A stretch of DNA of 49,030 bases from Deltaproteobacteria bacterium (GCA_016717595.1 JADKFE010000010.1:1-49030); one strand, 5' to 3'. Counted from the stretch's first letter, positions 28,443-39,282 are shown. The notes: a model not told the origin generated them from the letters alone. Program-made: numbers and translations.

Positions 28443-31400
28443 ATGTCGGAAGATCTACGGAGCATCATGGGCAAGCCCCTCGTCATCGTCGAGTCCCCCG
28501 CCAAAGCACGCACCATCGAGAAGTTCCTCGGCGCGGGCTACCAGGTCGCCGCGTCCGTGGGCCACATCCGCGATCTCCCCGAGACCGCCGCCGACATCCC
28601 CAAAGAGTTCAAAGACAAGAAGTGGGCGCGCACGGCGGTAGACGTCGAGAACAACTTCGCGCCGCTCTATGTGCTGACCGAGCGGGGCCGAGAGCAGGTC
28701 AAGACCCTCAAGAAGATGCTCAGCGACGCCGACGCGCTCTACCTCGCGACCGATGAGGATCGTGAGGGTGAGGCCATCGCCTGGCACCTCTTTGAGGTGC
28801 TCAAGCCCAAGGTGCCGGTGAAGCGCCTCGTCTTCCACGAGATCACCGACCGCGCGATCAAAGAGGCCCTGGCCTCGCCCCGGGCCTTAAACCTCGACCT
28901 CGTGCGCGCCCAGGAGACCCGCCGGATCATCGACCGCCTCTACGGCTACAACGTCTCGCCGGTCCTGTGGAAGAAGATCAAGCCGCGCCTGTCCGCGGGG
29001 CGTGTGCAGTCCGTGGCCGTGCGCCTCATCGTCGATCGGGAGCGCAGCCGCATGCGCTTCGTGCCCGGCGCCTGGTGGGATCTCAACGCCACCTTCGACG
29101 CCCAGGCCGGGCGCTGGGCGGCGCAGCTCGTCGAGCTGAACGACAAGCGGGTGGCGAGCGGCCGCGACTTTGAGGCCACCACCGGCGCGCTCAAGCCCGG
29201 CGCCGACCTGGTCCTGCTCAACGCCGAGACCGCCGCGTCGCTGCGGGAGCGCCTGCTCCAGGGCGCGGCCAAGGTGCACAAGGTCCAGCGGAAGCCCTTC
29301 ACCGAGCGGCCCTACCCGCCCTTCACCACGTCTACGCTCCAGCAAGAGGCCAACCGCAAGTTTAAGTGGCCCGCCCGGCGCACGATGTCCGTGGCCCAGC
29401 GCCTCTATGAGACCGGCTGGATCACCTACATGAGAACCGACAGCCTGCACCTCAGCGAGCAGGCCATCAGCGCCGCCCGTGGGCTCATCAAGAGCCAGTT
29501 TGGGCCCGACTACGTCCCGAACCAACCCCGGATGTACAAGACGAGCGCCAAAGGCGCCCAGGAGGCCCACGAGGCCATCCGCCCGGCGGGGGACGTCTTC
29601 CGCAGCATCACGAGCTGCCGCGCTGAGCTTGGTGACGAGGAGGCCCGGCTCTACGAGCTCATCTGGAAGCGCACCATGGCCTGCCAGATGGAGGACGCCC
29701 GAGGCGAGCGGGTCACCGTCGACACGTTGACCACCACCGCCGCCGGAGAGCGCGCCCTGTTCCGCGCCAACGGCCGCACCTTCTCCTTCGCGGGGTATCG
29801 CCGGGTCTACGTCGAAGATCTCGACGAGGGCGCCTTTGACCTCAGCGACTCCGACACGCTCCTGCCCCCGCTCAAAGAGGGCGACGCGGCCAAGGCTGTC
29901 GAGGTCGGCGCGTCGAGCCACGAGACGTCTCCCCCCGCGCGGCTCACCGACGCCAGCCTGGTGAAAGAGCTGGAGTCCTTGGGCATCGGCCGCCCGAGCA
30001 CCTACGCCAGCATCATCGAGACCATCCTCTCCCGGGGCTACGTCTTCAAGAAGGGCACCTCGCTTGTGCCCACCTGGACGGCCTTCGCCGTCACCCAGCT
30101 CATGGAGACCCACTTCCAAGAGCTCGTCGACTACACCTTCACCGCCACGATGGAAGACGGCCTCGACTCCATCGCGTTGGGTCAGGAGACGCCTCTCCGC
30201 TACTTGTCGTCGTTCTACCACGGTCACGACGCCAACAAGCCGAACAGCGGCCTCACCGAGCAGATCCGCGCCGCCGAGGCCGCCGCCGACCCCCGCGTCG
30301 TGTGCTCGATCCCCCTGGGCACCGTGGATGGGGTGCCTGTGGTGGCCCGCGTCGGCCGCTTCGGGCCCTACATCGAGCTTGAGGACAAGACCCGCTCTCT
30401 GCCCGATGAGCTGCCCCCCGACGAGATGACCGCCGCCGCCGCCGCCGCCTTCGTGCGCAGCGCCCCCGCCGGCCCCACCAAGCTCGGCGACGACCCGGCC
30501 ACGGGCCTCGCGGTGATGTTGTTCAACGGCCGCTTCGGGCCCTACGTGCAGCTCGGCGAGACGTCCGACGACGACAAGCCCAAACGCCAGAGCTTGCCCA
30601 AAGAGCTCACCCCCGCCGAGTGTACCCTCCAGGACGCCATCGCCCTGCTCGCCCTGCCCCGCAACCTGGGCAAGTCCGCCAGCGACGACGACATCCTCGT
30701 CTTCAACGGCCGCTTCGGGCCCTTCGTGCGCGCCGGGAAAGAGGTCCGGAACATCCCCCCGGGCGTGTCGTTGCTCACGATCAGCCGGGAGCAGGCCCTG
30801 GAGCTGCTCAGCGCCCCCGCCAGCCGCGCGCGCGGCGCCGCCGCGGCCTCAAACCTCGCCGAGCTCGGCGAGAGCCCTGAAGGGCGCCGTGTGGTGGTGA
30901 AGAAGGGTCGTTTCGGCGCTTATGTCACCGACGGCGTCGTGAACGCCACCCTGAAGCGGGGCGTGACCGTCGAGGAGCTGTCTCTGGCCGACGCGCTGAT
31001 CCTGCTCAACGAGCGCCGCGACGCCCCTCCGAGCACCAAGTCCCGGGGCCGTGGCGCCCCCCGCCGCGGCGCGCCCAAAGCCGCCGCCGCGCCCAAGGCC
31101 ACCGCGAAGAAGGCCGTCGCGAAGAAGGCTGTCGCGAAGAAGGCCGTCGCCGCCGAGGCCAGCGAGGAGGCGCCCAAGCCCACGAAGAAGGCCGTCGCGA
31201 AGAAGGCCACCCCAAAGAAGGCCACCACGAAGAAGGCCCCGAGCGCCGCCGCGAAGGCCGCTGAGGCCGCCCCCGAGGCGAAGCCCACGAAGAAGACCGC
31301 CGCGAAGGCCGCCGCGAAGGCCGCTGAGGCCCCCTCCGAGGCGAAGCCTGCAGAGAAGGCCACCGCCAAGAAGGCCAGCGGCGCCAAAAAGCCACCGAAG

Positions 31401-31538
31401 AAGGCCACCGCGAAGAAGGCCGCGCCCAAGAAGGCCGCGCCCGAGGCCGCCCCCGCCGTCGCTGAGGCCCCCGCCGCTCCGGCCAAGCCGAAGACGGTCA
31501 CCCGCAAAGCCAGCCCCAAGGCGCCCGCCGAGGCCTAA
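28443..31538 (+). CDS. topA: DNA topoisomerase I with C-terminal Lys/Ala/Pro-rich histone-H1-like tail
   Basis: TOPRIM N-terminus (KPLVIVESPAKARTIEKFLG). Catalytic domain, then ~170-aa tail with KKAVAKKAVAKKAVA-type repeats. Confidence 0.9.
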   Translation: MSEDLRSIMGKPLVIVESPAKARTIEKFLGAGYQVAASVGHIRDLPETAADIPKEFKDKKWARTAVDVENNFAPLYVLTERGREQVKTLKKMLSDADALYLATDEDREGEAIAWHLFEVLKPKVPVKRLVFHEITDRAIKEALASPRALNLDLVRAQETRRIIDRLYGYNVSPVLWKKIKPRLSAGRVQSVAVRLIVDRERSRMRFVPGAWWDLNATFDAQAGRWAAQLVELNDKRVASGRDFEATTGALKPGADLVLLNAETAASLRERLLQGAAKVHKVQRKPFTERPYPPFTTSTLQQEANRKFKWPARRTMSVAQRLYETGWITYMRTDSLHLSEQAISAARGLIKSQFGPDYVPNQPRMYKTSAKGAQEAHEAIRPAGDVFRSITSCRAELGDEEARLYELIWKRTMACQMEDARGERVTVDTLTTTAAGERALFRANGRTFSFAGYRRVYVEDLDEGAFDLSDSDTLLPPLKEGDAAKAVEVGASSHETSPPARLTDASLVKELESLGIGRPSTYASIIETILSRGYVFKKGTSLVPTWTAFAVTQLMETHFQELVDYTFTATMEDGLDSIALGQETPLRYLSSFYHGHDANKPNSGLTEQIRAAEAAADPRVVCSIPLGTVDGVPVVARVGRFGPYIELEDKTRSLPDELPPDEMTAAAAAAFVRSAPAGPTKLGDDPATGLAVMLFNGRFGPYVQLGETSDDDKPKRQSLPKELTPAECTLQDAIALLALPRNLGKSASDDDILVFNGRFGPFVRAGKEVRNIPPGVSLLTISREQALELLSAPASRARGAAAASNLAELGESPEGRRVVVKKGRFGAYVTDGVVNATLKRGVTVEELSLADALILLNERRDAPPSTKSRGRGAPRRGAPKAAAAPKATAKKAVAKKAVAKKAVAAEASEEAPKPTKKAVAKKATPKKATTKKAPSAAAKAAEAAPEAKPTKKTAAKAAAKAAEAPSEAKPAEKATAKKASGAKKPPKKATAKKAAPKKAAPEAAPAVAEAPAAPAKPKTVTRKASPKAPAEA

Positions 31539-31563
31539 GCCTCACGGCCAAGGCGTCCGCCGC

Positions 31564-31872
31564 TCAAGAGAACAGCAGCGCCCACTCCCGCTCAAGGAGC
31601 TGGCGCTGCGGGTCTCCCAACTTCGCCTCCTGCTCCATGAGCATCGAGGCGACGAGGCGGCGCACGTCGTCGAGGCTCACCTGAACGTGGGTGGCGCCTT
31701 CAGGCACGAGGGCCTTGGAGATGCTCTCCAAGACCTGCTCAAAGAGGGCGTCGTCCAGATGACCCAGGTCTTGAAGCAGCTCCAAGAAGCCCAAGGCCTC
31801 CGGGGTCAGCTCGACGTGTTGGCTGGGCGAGACGGAGCGACGCCGGGATGGACTGGATTTACGAGAGTGCAT
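31564..31872 (-). CDS. Small acidic hypothetical protein (102 aa)
   Basis: ORF whose start overlaps the dprA 3' end. Confidence 0.3.
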   Translation of the reverse strand: MHSRKSSPSRRRSVSPSQHVELTPEALGFLELLQDLGHLDDALFEQVLESISKALVPEGATHVQVSLDDVRRLVASMLMEQEAKLGDPQRQLLEREWALLFS

Positions 31873-32944
31873 AGCGCTGATCGGGTAACCGCACTACCGC
31901 GCCCGTCAACTCCAGCTTTGTCAGCAGGCCAAGAACCTCACGCAGCGGCGCCTCCAGACGTGCGGCGATCTCCCCCAGGCCCCGGGGCGCGTCAAGGGCC
32001 ATGAGCAGCCGTGAGGCGGGATCGTTGCCCACACGACGCCAGCCCGCGGTGACCTCGACCAGCTCTCGCACACACAAGCAGCCCTCTGCGATGAGCAACA
32101 AACATCCCGCCGAGGCCGGCGCGTCGATGCGCCCCGGCACCGCCCAGACCTCTCGGCTGAGATCCCGCGCGGCCTTCGCGGTGTGCATGGCGCCGGACTG
32201 CAAAGACGCCTCGACCACCACCGTCGCCCGCGCCAAGGCGGCGATGAGCCGGTTTCGTCGTGGGAAGGTGTACTTTGTGGGCGGATCCCGAGGCGGCAGC
32301 TCGCTCACCAGGCTGCCGCCGCCGTTGAGGATGTCTTCATGCAGCCGCCGCGCCTCGGGCCCCGACGCGCGAGAGCAGAGCCCCTGGCCCAAGATGGCGA
32401 TCGTCACCCCGCCCGCCTCCAAGGCCCCGCGGTGGGCGCTCTCGTCGATGCCCCGGGCGGCGCCGGAGACGAGCGCCCCGCCGAGGTTCGCCGCTTGAGC
32501 CCCCAGACGCCGGGCCACGAGCCGCCCATACGGCGTACAGGCCCTCGCGCCGACCACGGCGAGCCCAGTGCGATCTCCGACCTTGGCCCCCCGCACACAG
32601 ATGAGCGCCGGAGGCTGGGCCAAGCCGAGCAAGGACTCGGGGTACAACGGCGAGCCCAAGGTGTAGAAGGGATCGGGGCTCACCTCGTCGCGAGCGCTGA
32701 GCAGCTGCTCGACGAGCTTGGGGCGAAATCCAGCGGCCACCAGCTCCGCGCCGCCCGCGCTCAACAGACCCGCCTCACCGCCGATGTTGTCCAGCGGCAC
32801 GCGCGGATCAACAGCGTCTGTCGACCGGGCCAACGCGGCCCAGCGACCAGGGATGACATAACTCACGGCTGACTCCCGGAGACCGGGAGGGGCGACCAGC
32901 ACGCCGAGGCTTATCCGCGACAGCGCGGGCTGGCCAGGGCACAA
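31859..32944 (-). CDS. dprA: DNA-processing protein DprA (Smf)
   Basis: Rossmann-like DprA motifs VVGARACTPYG, VSGAARGIDESAH, FPRRNRLIAALA, SGAMHTA. The N-terminal extent is uncertain. Confidence 0.8.
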   Translation of the reverse strand: MCPGQPALSRISLGVLVAPPGLRESAVSYVIPGRWAALARSTDAVDPRVPLDNIGGEAGLLSAGGAELVAAGFRPKLVEQLLSARDEVSPDPFYTLGSPLYPESLLGLAQPPALICVRGAKVGDRTGLAVVGARACTPYGRLVARRLGAQAANLGGALVSGAARGIDESAHRGALEAGGVTIAILGQGLCSRASGPEARRLHEDILNGGGSLVSELPPRDPPTKYTFPRRNRLIAALARATVVVEASLQSGAMHTAKAARDLSREVWAVPGRIDAPASAGCLLLIAEGCLCVRELVEVTAGWRRVGNDPASRLLMALDAPRGLGEIAARLEAPLREVLGLLTKLELTGAVVRLPDQRYALS

Positions 32945-33021
32945 CGGCGGGGCGCGGCCAGTTTTTGTGAGCGCCTCAGCGTGGAGGCGCCCTCACGCCG
33001 CTGATCTCACGCCGCTAAATC

Positions 33022-34107
33022 TCACTCCACCGTCATCGACACCGCGTCGCCGACGGCGATGGGGCGGCTGGCGTCGACGACGATGGCCGCGGCGTGATCC
33101 TCCTCCACCCGAGTGACGACCACACGCCCGACGACCTGATCGGGGATCGCCAGATCCTCGTGATCGACGCCGAAGTTCTCATCGCGGTGGTGGATGATGA
33201 AGAAGCTGTTGCCCACCCGAAGGCCGTCCGCGCGCCCACGGTCGAGGAAGACCGTCTCTCCTGTGGCCGCGAGCTCGTACTGGTCGAGGCCGCTGCGGGC
33301 GATGATCACGCCGTCGAGATCCCCCTTGGGCGCGGTCGTCGGGAGCTTGGCGGTGACGGGGTAGGCCGGGCCGACACGATCCCCGCGGCGCATCTCACGG
33401 AAGCTCCGGCGCACCACCGCGGAGACCATCTCATCGGTGGTGTGGACCACCCGAAGCTCGGCGACGACGTGGTAGAGCCTGCCGTAGCGTAAGTCTTTGG
33501 CGTCGGGGTGACGCACCTTGCGGCCCTCACGGTACACGGCGATCACGTCGCCGCAGGCCACCAGGTCGGGGTCATCCATCCGCAGGTAGACCAGATCGCC
33601 CTCGCCGAGATGCGTCGCGCCGGTCTTCGCGTACTTCACCTCGCCCCAGAGCTCCAGCTCATCGGCCAACATCGAGGCCGTGGTGTAGGTGGCCGCGGGG
33701 TAGGCCGAGGTGAAGTTGATGTCGGGGCCACACTCGGGCTCGGAGAGCTCAAAGTCGGCGGCATCGACGATGTAGCCGTCTTGGGCGCCACCATCGAGCT
33801 CAAGCCCCGGAGGGTCCAAGAGCGTGCCAGGGCGGAAGACGATGACGTTGCCGGGGTAGATCCAGTGGGGGTTCGTGATGTAGTCGTTGAACGACCACAA
33901 CCTCGGCCAGTAGCCGGCGTCGCCCATGAACCGCGACGAGATGTCCCACAGGGTGTCGCCCGTCTGGATGACGTAGCGGTCGGGCGTCGAGTCGCTCAGC
34001 TCAACGGCGTTCGTGGCGACCACGACCCCACCCTCTTGGGCCAGCGCGGGGCTCGCGCTCATCAGCAGGGCGGCGGCGAGGGCCGACCCCAACAACGTAC
34101 GCAGCAT
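33022..34107 (-). CDS. Secreted LysM-domain protein
   Basis: Signal peptide plus LysM (YVIQTGDTLWDISSRF...YPGNVIVF). Confidence 0.65.
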   Translation of the reverse strand: MLRTLLGSALAAALLMSASPALAQEGGVVVATNAVELSDSTPDRYVIQTGDTLWDISSRFMGDAGYWPRLWSFNDYITNPHWIYPGNVIVFRPGTLLDPPGLELDGGAQDGYIVDAADFELSEPECGPDINFTSAYPAATYTTASMLADELELWGEVKYAKTGATHLGEGDLVYLRMDDPDLVACGDVIAVYREGRKVRHPDAKDLRYGRLYHVVAELRVVHTTDEMVSAVVRRSFREMRRGDRVGPAYPVTAKLPTTAPKGDLDGVIIARSGLDQYELAATGETVFLDRGRADGLRVGNSFFIIHHRDENFGVDHEDLAIPDQVVGRVVVTRVEEDHAAAIVVDASRPIAVGDAVSMTVE

Positions 34108-34167
34108 GGACTCTCCTGGTCGACTACAGCGCGTCAGAGGGAAGTCTGCGTGAGACCGAGCGCCATG

Positions 34168-34515
34168 TCAACCAGGGACACGCCCGTAGTCGTCCGAGTG
34201 CCGCACCACGTCGTCGGGGTGGGCGGTCGAGACCTCATAGACCTCGCAGTCGGTGATCCCGGTCATGCGGTGCTTTCGGCGCGGCGGGATGTGGCGCACA
34301 TCGCCGGGGCGCAGGTGGTGGGCCACCAAGGCGCCCGCGTCGTCCTCCAGGTCAAGCAACATCTCCCCCTGGGTGACGCGGATCGTCTCTTCCTTTTTTT
34401 CGTGGTGCTGAAGCGACAGGCGGCGCCCGGCGAGGATCACGAGCACCTTCCCCAAATAGTCCGGGGTCTCGGCCCAGATCTCCTCATGGCCCCAAGGCTT
34501 CTCCACACGGCGCAC
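34168..34515 (-). CDS. Cupin-domain protein
   Basis: KPWGHEEIWA and HHEKKEETIRVTQGE cupin motifs. Confidence 0.6.
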   Translation of the reverse strand: MRRVEKPWGHEEIWAETPDYLGKVLVILAGRRLSLQHHEKKEETIRVTQGEMLLDLEDDAGALVAHHLRPGDVRHIPPRRKHRMTGITDCEVYEVSTAHPDDVVRHSDDYGRVPG

Positions 34516-34538
34516 GGCGACTCCTAAGCGGTTTCGCC

Positions 34539-35201
34539 CTAGCGTACCCGCGTGAGGGTGGCCTCCGCCAGCCCGAGCGTGATCAACACGCCGGCCTTGG
34601 CTTTGTTGGCCTCCTTCTCGTCGCCATAGGGGCCCACGCGCACATGCCAGCGGGTGACGCCCTCGTCTAAGGCCGCCACGGAGAAGGCCTTGAGCCCGGC
34701 GGTGGTCGCCGCCTCCACCTTGGCCTTCGCCTCCTCCGCGCTCTCGACGGTGGCGATCTGCAAGGCGTAACCTGGGCCGGGCACGCTCCCGATCTGATCG
34801 CTCGGCGGCGCGTCCGCCGCTTCACCCGCGGCGACGAGCAGCGTCTCCCCTTCCCCGGGCGCCGGGGGCGCGGGCAAGACCACGCTGACCTCGGCCTCGG
34901 TGAGCGCCGTCGGGAAGCTCAGCACCCCGGCCTCGGTGGTCGTGGCCGTCTTCGCCGCGGCTTGCTCCACCTTCGCGAGCAGCTCGACCAAGGCGTCGCT
35001 CTCGACCTCAGCGGGGATCAGGCCGATGTCTTGGGTGATCACGACAGGCTCGGGCACCTTTCGTTGCCCAAGCTCAAGGCCGATAAAAAACGCCAAGATG
35101 GCGGTTGAGATGCTCATAATCCCCAACGCCGTGAGCTGGGCGCGGGAGAGCCAGATGGAGTCTTCGCCACGAACGCGAGGAGGAGCGTACATGCCGCGCA
35201 C
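34539..35201 (-). CDS. SPOR-domain membrane protein (cell-division associated)
   Basis: Single TM near the N-terminus and a C-terminal SPOR fold (YALQIATVESAEEAKAKVEA...WHVRVGPY). A TATAGT-like box directly upstream of the internal ATG at 35192 hints at a leaderless start. Confidence 0.6.
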   Translation of the reverse strand: MRGMYAPPRVRGEDSIWLSRAQLTALGIMSISTAILAFFIGLELGQRKVPEPVVITQDIGLIPAEVESDALVELLAKVEQAAAKTATTTEAGVLSFPTALTEAEVSVVLPAPPAPGEGETLLVAAGEAADAPPSDQIGSVPGPGYALQIATVESAEEAKAKVEAATTAGLKAFSVAALDEGVTRWHVRVGPYGDEKEANKAKAGVLITLGLAEATLTRVR

Positions 35202-35297
35202 TATAACCTGATCCGAGGCTTAGTGTTGGCATGTCAAGTGCAATTGATCCGGGGCGATGGCGGCCCAGTCAACGCAGCCCAGTCAACGCAGCCCGGA

Positions 35298-35642
35298 TCA
35301 GCCCTCGCTGGTGCTGAGCCCGAGATCCATAAACCGGGTGGCGAAGGGCGTGACCTTCACCTCACGATCCACCAGCTCGGCCTCGGAGTGGGAGACGACG
35401 AGCTGGGTGACCTTGTCGAGCTCGGCCCGCAGGATCCCCGCGTCGTTGCCGACGAAGGCCACCCCCAGCACGGCGCGCTGGAGGTTGTCCATGTCTTCGA
35501 CCTCGGCCACGGCGGCGTTAAACCGCGCGGCGAGGCGGTCGCGCAGGCTGCGCACGACCTGCCGTTTGTCCTTGAGGCTGCGGGCCCAAGGCACCCGCAG
35601 CACAAACCGCGCCGTGGCGACGTGCATCTGCTCCTGCGTCAT
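35298..35642 (-). CDS. DUF503 (YlxP-like) protein downstream of infB
   Basis: Size, position immediately 3' of infB, and sequence FVLRVPWARSLKDKRQVVRSL. Confidence 0.65.
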   Translation of the reverse strand: MTQEQMHVATARFVLRVPWARSLKDKRQVVRSLRDRLAARFNAAVAEVEDMDNLQRAVLGVAFVGNDAGILRAELDKVTQLVVSHSEAELVDREVKVTPFATRFMDLGLSTSEG

Positions 35643-35654
35643 GGGTGACCCCGA

Positions 35655-38549
35655 TTAGACAGGAGAGACCATCTCCACGGTGTAGGACTCGAGCTCGTCG
35701 CCCTGCTTGATGTCGGTGAAGCCGTCCAAGGCGAGACCACACTCGTAGCCCTTCTCCACCTCGCGGACGTCGTCCTTGAAGCGGCGGAGCGAGTTGAGGC
35801 GGCCTTCCCAGATGACCACGTTGTCGCGGGTGAGGCGAACGGAGTGGGAGCGGGCGATCTTGCCGTCGAGGACAAAACAGCCCGCGACGTTGCCGATCTT
35901 GGGGATGCTGAACACCTCGCGGATGGCGACGTGGCCCTGGATCTTCTCCTCTTTGATCGGGGCGAGCATGCCGCCGAGCGCCTTCTTGATGTCGTCGAGG
36001 ACATCGTAGATGACGCGGTAGGAGCGAACCTCAACACCCTTCTCTTCAGCGGCGCGCCGGGCCTTGGCGTCGGGGCGCACGTTGAAGCCGACGACGATGG
36101 CGCCGTAGGTGCCCGCCAAGGTGACGTCGGACTCGCTGACCGCGCCGACGCCGATGTGCAGGATGTTGACCTCGGTGCCCGGCACCTTCACGCCGCTGAC
36201 GGCGCCCTTGAGGGCCTCCATCGAGCCCTGCACGTCGCCCTTGATGACGAGGTTGAGCTTCTTGATCTCGGACTCGGCCTGGGACGTGAAGAGATCCTGC
36301 AGGGTGACCTTCGCGCGCTGGCCGGGCTCGCTGGCGCGGCGGGCGGACTCAGCGCGGTGATCGGCCAAGGTGCGGGCGTCTTTCTCGGTGGCGACGACGA
36401 TGAAGGTGTCGCCGGGCTGCGGCGGCGTCTCAAGGCCGATGATCTCGACGGGGGTAGAGGGGCCGGCCGTCTTGAGGCGTTTGCCGACAAAGTCGGTCAT
36501 CGCGCGGATCTTGCCGAAGGTGCTGCCGAGCACGAGGGGATCGCCCTGCTTGAGCGTGCCGGTCTTGACGAGCAAGGTGGCCACGGCGCCGCGCCCGGTC
36601 TCGAGCTTGGCCTCAAGCACGATGCCTTCAGCGTTGCGGTCGGGGTCGCCCTTGATGTCTTCAAGCTCAGCGACGAGCAGGACGGCGTCGAGGAGATCGT
36701 CGATGCCCGTGCCCTTGAGCGCGGAGACGTTCACCATCAAGGTCTCACCGCCGAACTCTTCAGGGACGAGGCCATACTCCATGAGCTTGGTGCGGATGTT
36801 CTCCGGCTTCACGCCGGGCTTGTCGCACTTGTTCACGGCGACCACGATGGGGACCTTGGCGGCCTTGGCGTGGTTGATGGACTCCACCGTCTGGGGCATC
36901 ACGCCGTCGTCAGCGGCGACGACGAGGATGACGATGTCCGTGGCCTGGGCGCCGCGGGCGCGCATCTCGGTGAAGGCGGTGTGGCCGGGGGTGTCGATGA
37001 ACGTCACCCACTCCTGACCGCGCTTGACCTGGTAGGCGCCGATGTGCTGGGTGATGCCGCCGGCCTCACCCGAGGCGACCTTGGTCTTGCGGATGGCGTC
37101 GAGCAGCGTCGTCTTGCCGTGGTCGACGTGACCCATGACCGTGACGACGGGCGGCCGCTTGACCGCGTTCACGTCGGCCTGCTGCACGTCCTCGAGCACC
37201 TCGGCCTCGTTGAAGCCGACGTTGACGATCTCGTACTCGAACTCCTGGGCGACGAGGGTGGCGGTGTCGAGGTCGAGCTGCTCGTTGACCGTCGCCTGAA
37301 CACCCATGCCCAAGAGGACCTTGATCACTTCAGGGGCGCGCACGCCGAGCTCGTGGGAGAGCTGGCGGACGGAGACGGTGTTGTCGATCTGGATCTTGCG
37401 CTTCTGAGCCTTGGGCTTGGGGCTCATCAGGCGGTTGTTGACCGCGCCCTTCTTGGGACGTTTGCGCTGGAGCTTGGCGTCCATGCCGTCGAGGGCCTCG
37501 ACACGACCGCGCTTGCGGTTGCGGCGGCTCTCTTCTTCAGACGTCCCAGGCTGGCCGGGGCCGGGGGGGCCTCCGAAGTTGCCGGGCTGCTGCTGCATGC
37601 CGCCGCGCTGATCGGGGCGAGGGCCGCGGTTGTCCCCTTGCTGCGCCTGGGCGCCAGGGGTGGGCACACGCTGGCCGGGGCCGCCTTGATTACGATCGTT
37701 GGGGCCACGATCGTTCGGACCCCGATCGTTCGGGCCGCGGGGCTGCGGCGCCGCGCGGCTGGCGCGGGGATCGTTGGGGTCGTAGCCCGGGGGCGGACGC
37801 ACCACCGCGCGGCCGAGGCCGGGGAGGCGGGGGCGATCGGACTCGGCCTGGGGCTTGGAGGGATCGTAGCCCGGGGGCGGGCGCACCACGGCGCGACCGA
37901 GGCCCGGCAGACGCGGCAGCTCACCTTCAGGGGAGCCTTCGCGGGGCTGGGCGGCGGCCCGTGGGGGCGGACGCGGGGGCTCGGGCGGGCGGGGCGGCGG
38001 CGCGGCGCGGACCGGCACACGACGCGTAGGCTCGGCGGGGGCCTCGACGACGGGCGCGGCGGCGACCGGGGCAGCCACGGGCGCGGCGGGCGCAGGCTCG
38101 GGGGAGGCGACCTCAACCGGCGGCGCCACGGGCTCAACGACCACCGGGGCGGGCGCAGGAGCCTCGACCACCACAGGGGCGGGCGTGGCGGCGGCAGCTT
38201 CGACGACGGGCGCCTCCACAACTGGGGCCACAGCCACCGGCGGAGGGGCCTCAACCACTGGGGGAGGCGCAACAACCGGCGCGGGCTCGCGGTAGGCTTC
38301 ACGCTCGACGGGATCGGCTTTGCGAAGGCGCGTCACCGGAGGCGGAGGGGGCGGCGCGGGACGGGCCGGCTGCGTCGGGCGATCGTTACGACGGCGGATC
38401 ACGTCGCTGGTGACGCGGGTCTCGACCTCCTTGGGAGGCTCAACGGGGCCCTCTCCGGGGCGGCGCCGAGCAACCGGCGGTGGGGTCTGCGCTGGCTTGC
38501 TCGGGCTCGGCTTGGAGGTAATCCGGTCGAGCAGGTCCTTCTTTGACAT
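35655..38549 (-). CDS. infB: Translation initiation factor IF-2 with long Pro/Ala-rich N-terminal region
   Basis: G-domain [21 protein letters not shown]. Start at [10 protein letters not shown] with GAAAGGAA upstream. The ORF track's longer N-terminus (to 38882) is Cys/Arg-rich and unlikely. Confidence 0.9.
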   Translation of the reverse strand: MSKKDLLDRITSKPSPSKPAQTPPPVARRRPGEGPVEPPKEVETRVTSDVIRRRNDRPTQPARPAPPPPPPVTRLRKADPVEREAYREPAPVVAPPPVVEAPPPVAVAPVVEAPVVEAAAATPAPVVVEAPAPAPVVVEPVAPPVEVASPEPAPAAPVAAPVAAAPVVEAPAEPTRRVPVRAAPPPRPPEPPRPPPRAAAQPREGSPEGELPRLPGLGRAVVRPPPGYDPSKPQAESDRPRLPGLGRAVVRPPPGYDPNDPRASRAAPQPRGPNDRGPNDRGPNDRNQGGPGQRVPTPGAQAQQGDNRGPRPDQRGGMQQQPGNFGGPPGPGQPGTSEEESRRNRKRGRVEALDGMDAKLQRKRPKKGAVNNRLMSPKPKAQKRKIQIDNTVSVRQLSHELGVRAPEVIKVLLGMGVQATVNEQLDLDTATLVAQEFEYEIVNVGFNEAEVLEDVQQADVNAVKRPPVVTVMGHVDHGKTTLLDAIRKTKVASGEAGGITQHIGAYQVKRGQEWVTFIDTPGHTAFTEMRARGAQATDIVILVVAADDGVMPQTVESINHAKAAKVPIVVAVNKCDKPGVKPENIRTKLMEYGLVPEEFGGETLMVNVSALKGTGIDDLLDAVLLVAELEDIKGDPDRNAEGIVLEAKLETGRGAVATLLVKTGTLKQGDPLVLGSTFGKIRAMTDFVGKRLKTAGPSTPVEIIGLETPPQPGDTFIVVATEKDARTLADHRAESARRASEPGQRAKVTLQDLFTSQAESEIKKLNLVIKGDVQGSMEALKGAVSGVKVPGTEVNILHIGVGAVSESDVTLAGTYGAIVVGFNVRPDAKARRAAEEKGVEVRSYRVIYDVLDDIKKALGGMLAPIKEEKIQGHVAIREVFSIPKIGNVAGCFVLDGKIARSHSVRLTRDNVVIWEGRLNSLRRFKDDVREVEKGYECGLALDGFTDIKQGDELESYTVEMVSPV

Positions 38550-38712
38550 TCGATTCCTTTCGCGCCTCTCCATCGCTTGGGAGAGGGTACAAGATTCGCC
38601 CGAGCACTCTCCGCCTTCACAGCGTCGGGCCCTTCGATGATGCAGGGCCACTGAGCTATCGCGCCAGCGCCCAAAGTTCAACCTTCGCCTGCGAGCGAGG
38701 AGAGAGGTTCCC

Positions 38713-39282
38713 CTAACGCAGCGCCGCCTGCCAACGCAACTCCCGCAGGAGCGCGCGGGAGGCCGCTGACCGCCGGACGACGAGCGCGGATCGTGCTCCT
38801 TTTCCGATTCGTTGACCCAGCTCGTCAACGCTGAGGTGGACGGTGAACACCGGGAGCGCCCCGGCGCGGCTGCGCAGGTCATCGCAGAGGCGCGGGCTCG
38901 TGTCGTTCGCCAAGACGAGGCACTCAGCGAGACCCGAGACCAAGGCGTCGCGAACGGCGTCTTTGCCCCCGGTCAACACGCCGCTGCGCGAGGCGATGGC
39001 CAAGGCCTCCTCCACCGCGCGCTGGTTGGCCTCTTGCACCTTGAGCAAGAGCCCCGCGGTGCGGGCCTGGGTAGACCAGGCGCGACTGCACAAGCCGGGC
39101 TTCTTCTCGAGCTCTTCGATGGCGGCGCGGTTGGGCGTCACCCAGGCGCCACGACCGCCGAGACGGGCTCGGTAGTCGGGGAAGACCTCGCCCTCTGGGG
39201 AGAGGACGAGGCGCAGAAGCGCCCCGGAGGGGCCTGACTCCCGGTTGACCAGGCAGCGGCGCTCAGGATCTTCAGCCCCCAT
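38713..39282 (-). CDS. YlxR (DUF448) fused to L7Ae-like (YlxQ) domain protein
   Basis: N-terminal RRCLVNRESGPSGALLRLV...GRGAWV (DUF448). C-terminal SGVLTGGKDAVRDALVSGLAECLVLANDTSP (L7Ae-like). Sits between nusA and infB. Confidence 0.65.
   Translation of the reverse strand: MGAEDPERRCLVNRESGPSGALLRLVLSPEGEVFPDYRARLGGRGAWVTPNRAAIEELEKKPGLCSRAWSTQARTAGLLLKVQEANQRAVEEALAIASRSGVLTGGKDAVRDALVSGLAECLVLANDTSPRLCDDLRSRAGALPVFTVHLSVDELGQRIGKGARSALVVRRSAASRALLRELRWQAALR

Noticed and set aside
38550-38882. N-terminal 111-aa extension of the infB ORF
   Set aside because: It is Cys/Arg-rich and non-protein-like. A good RBS precedes the internal [10 protein letters not shown] start.
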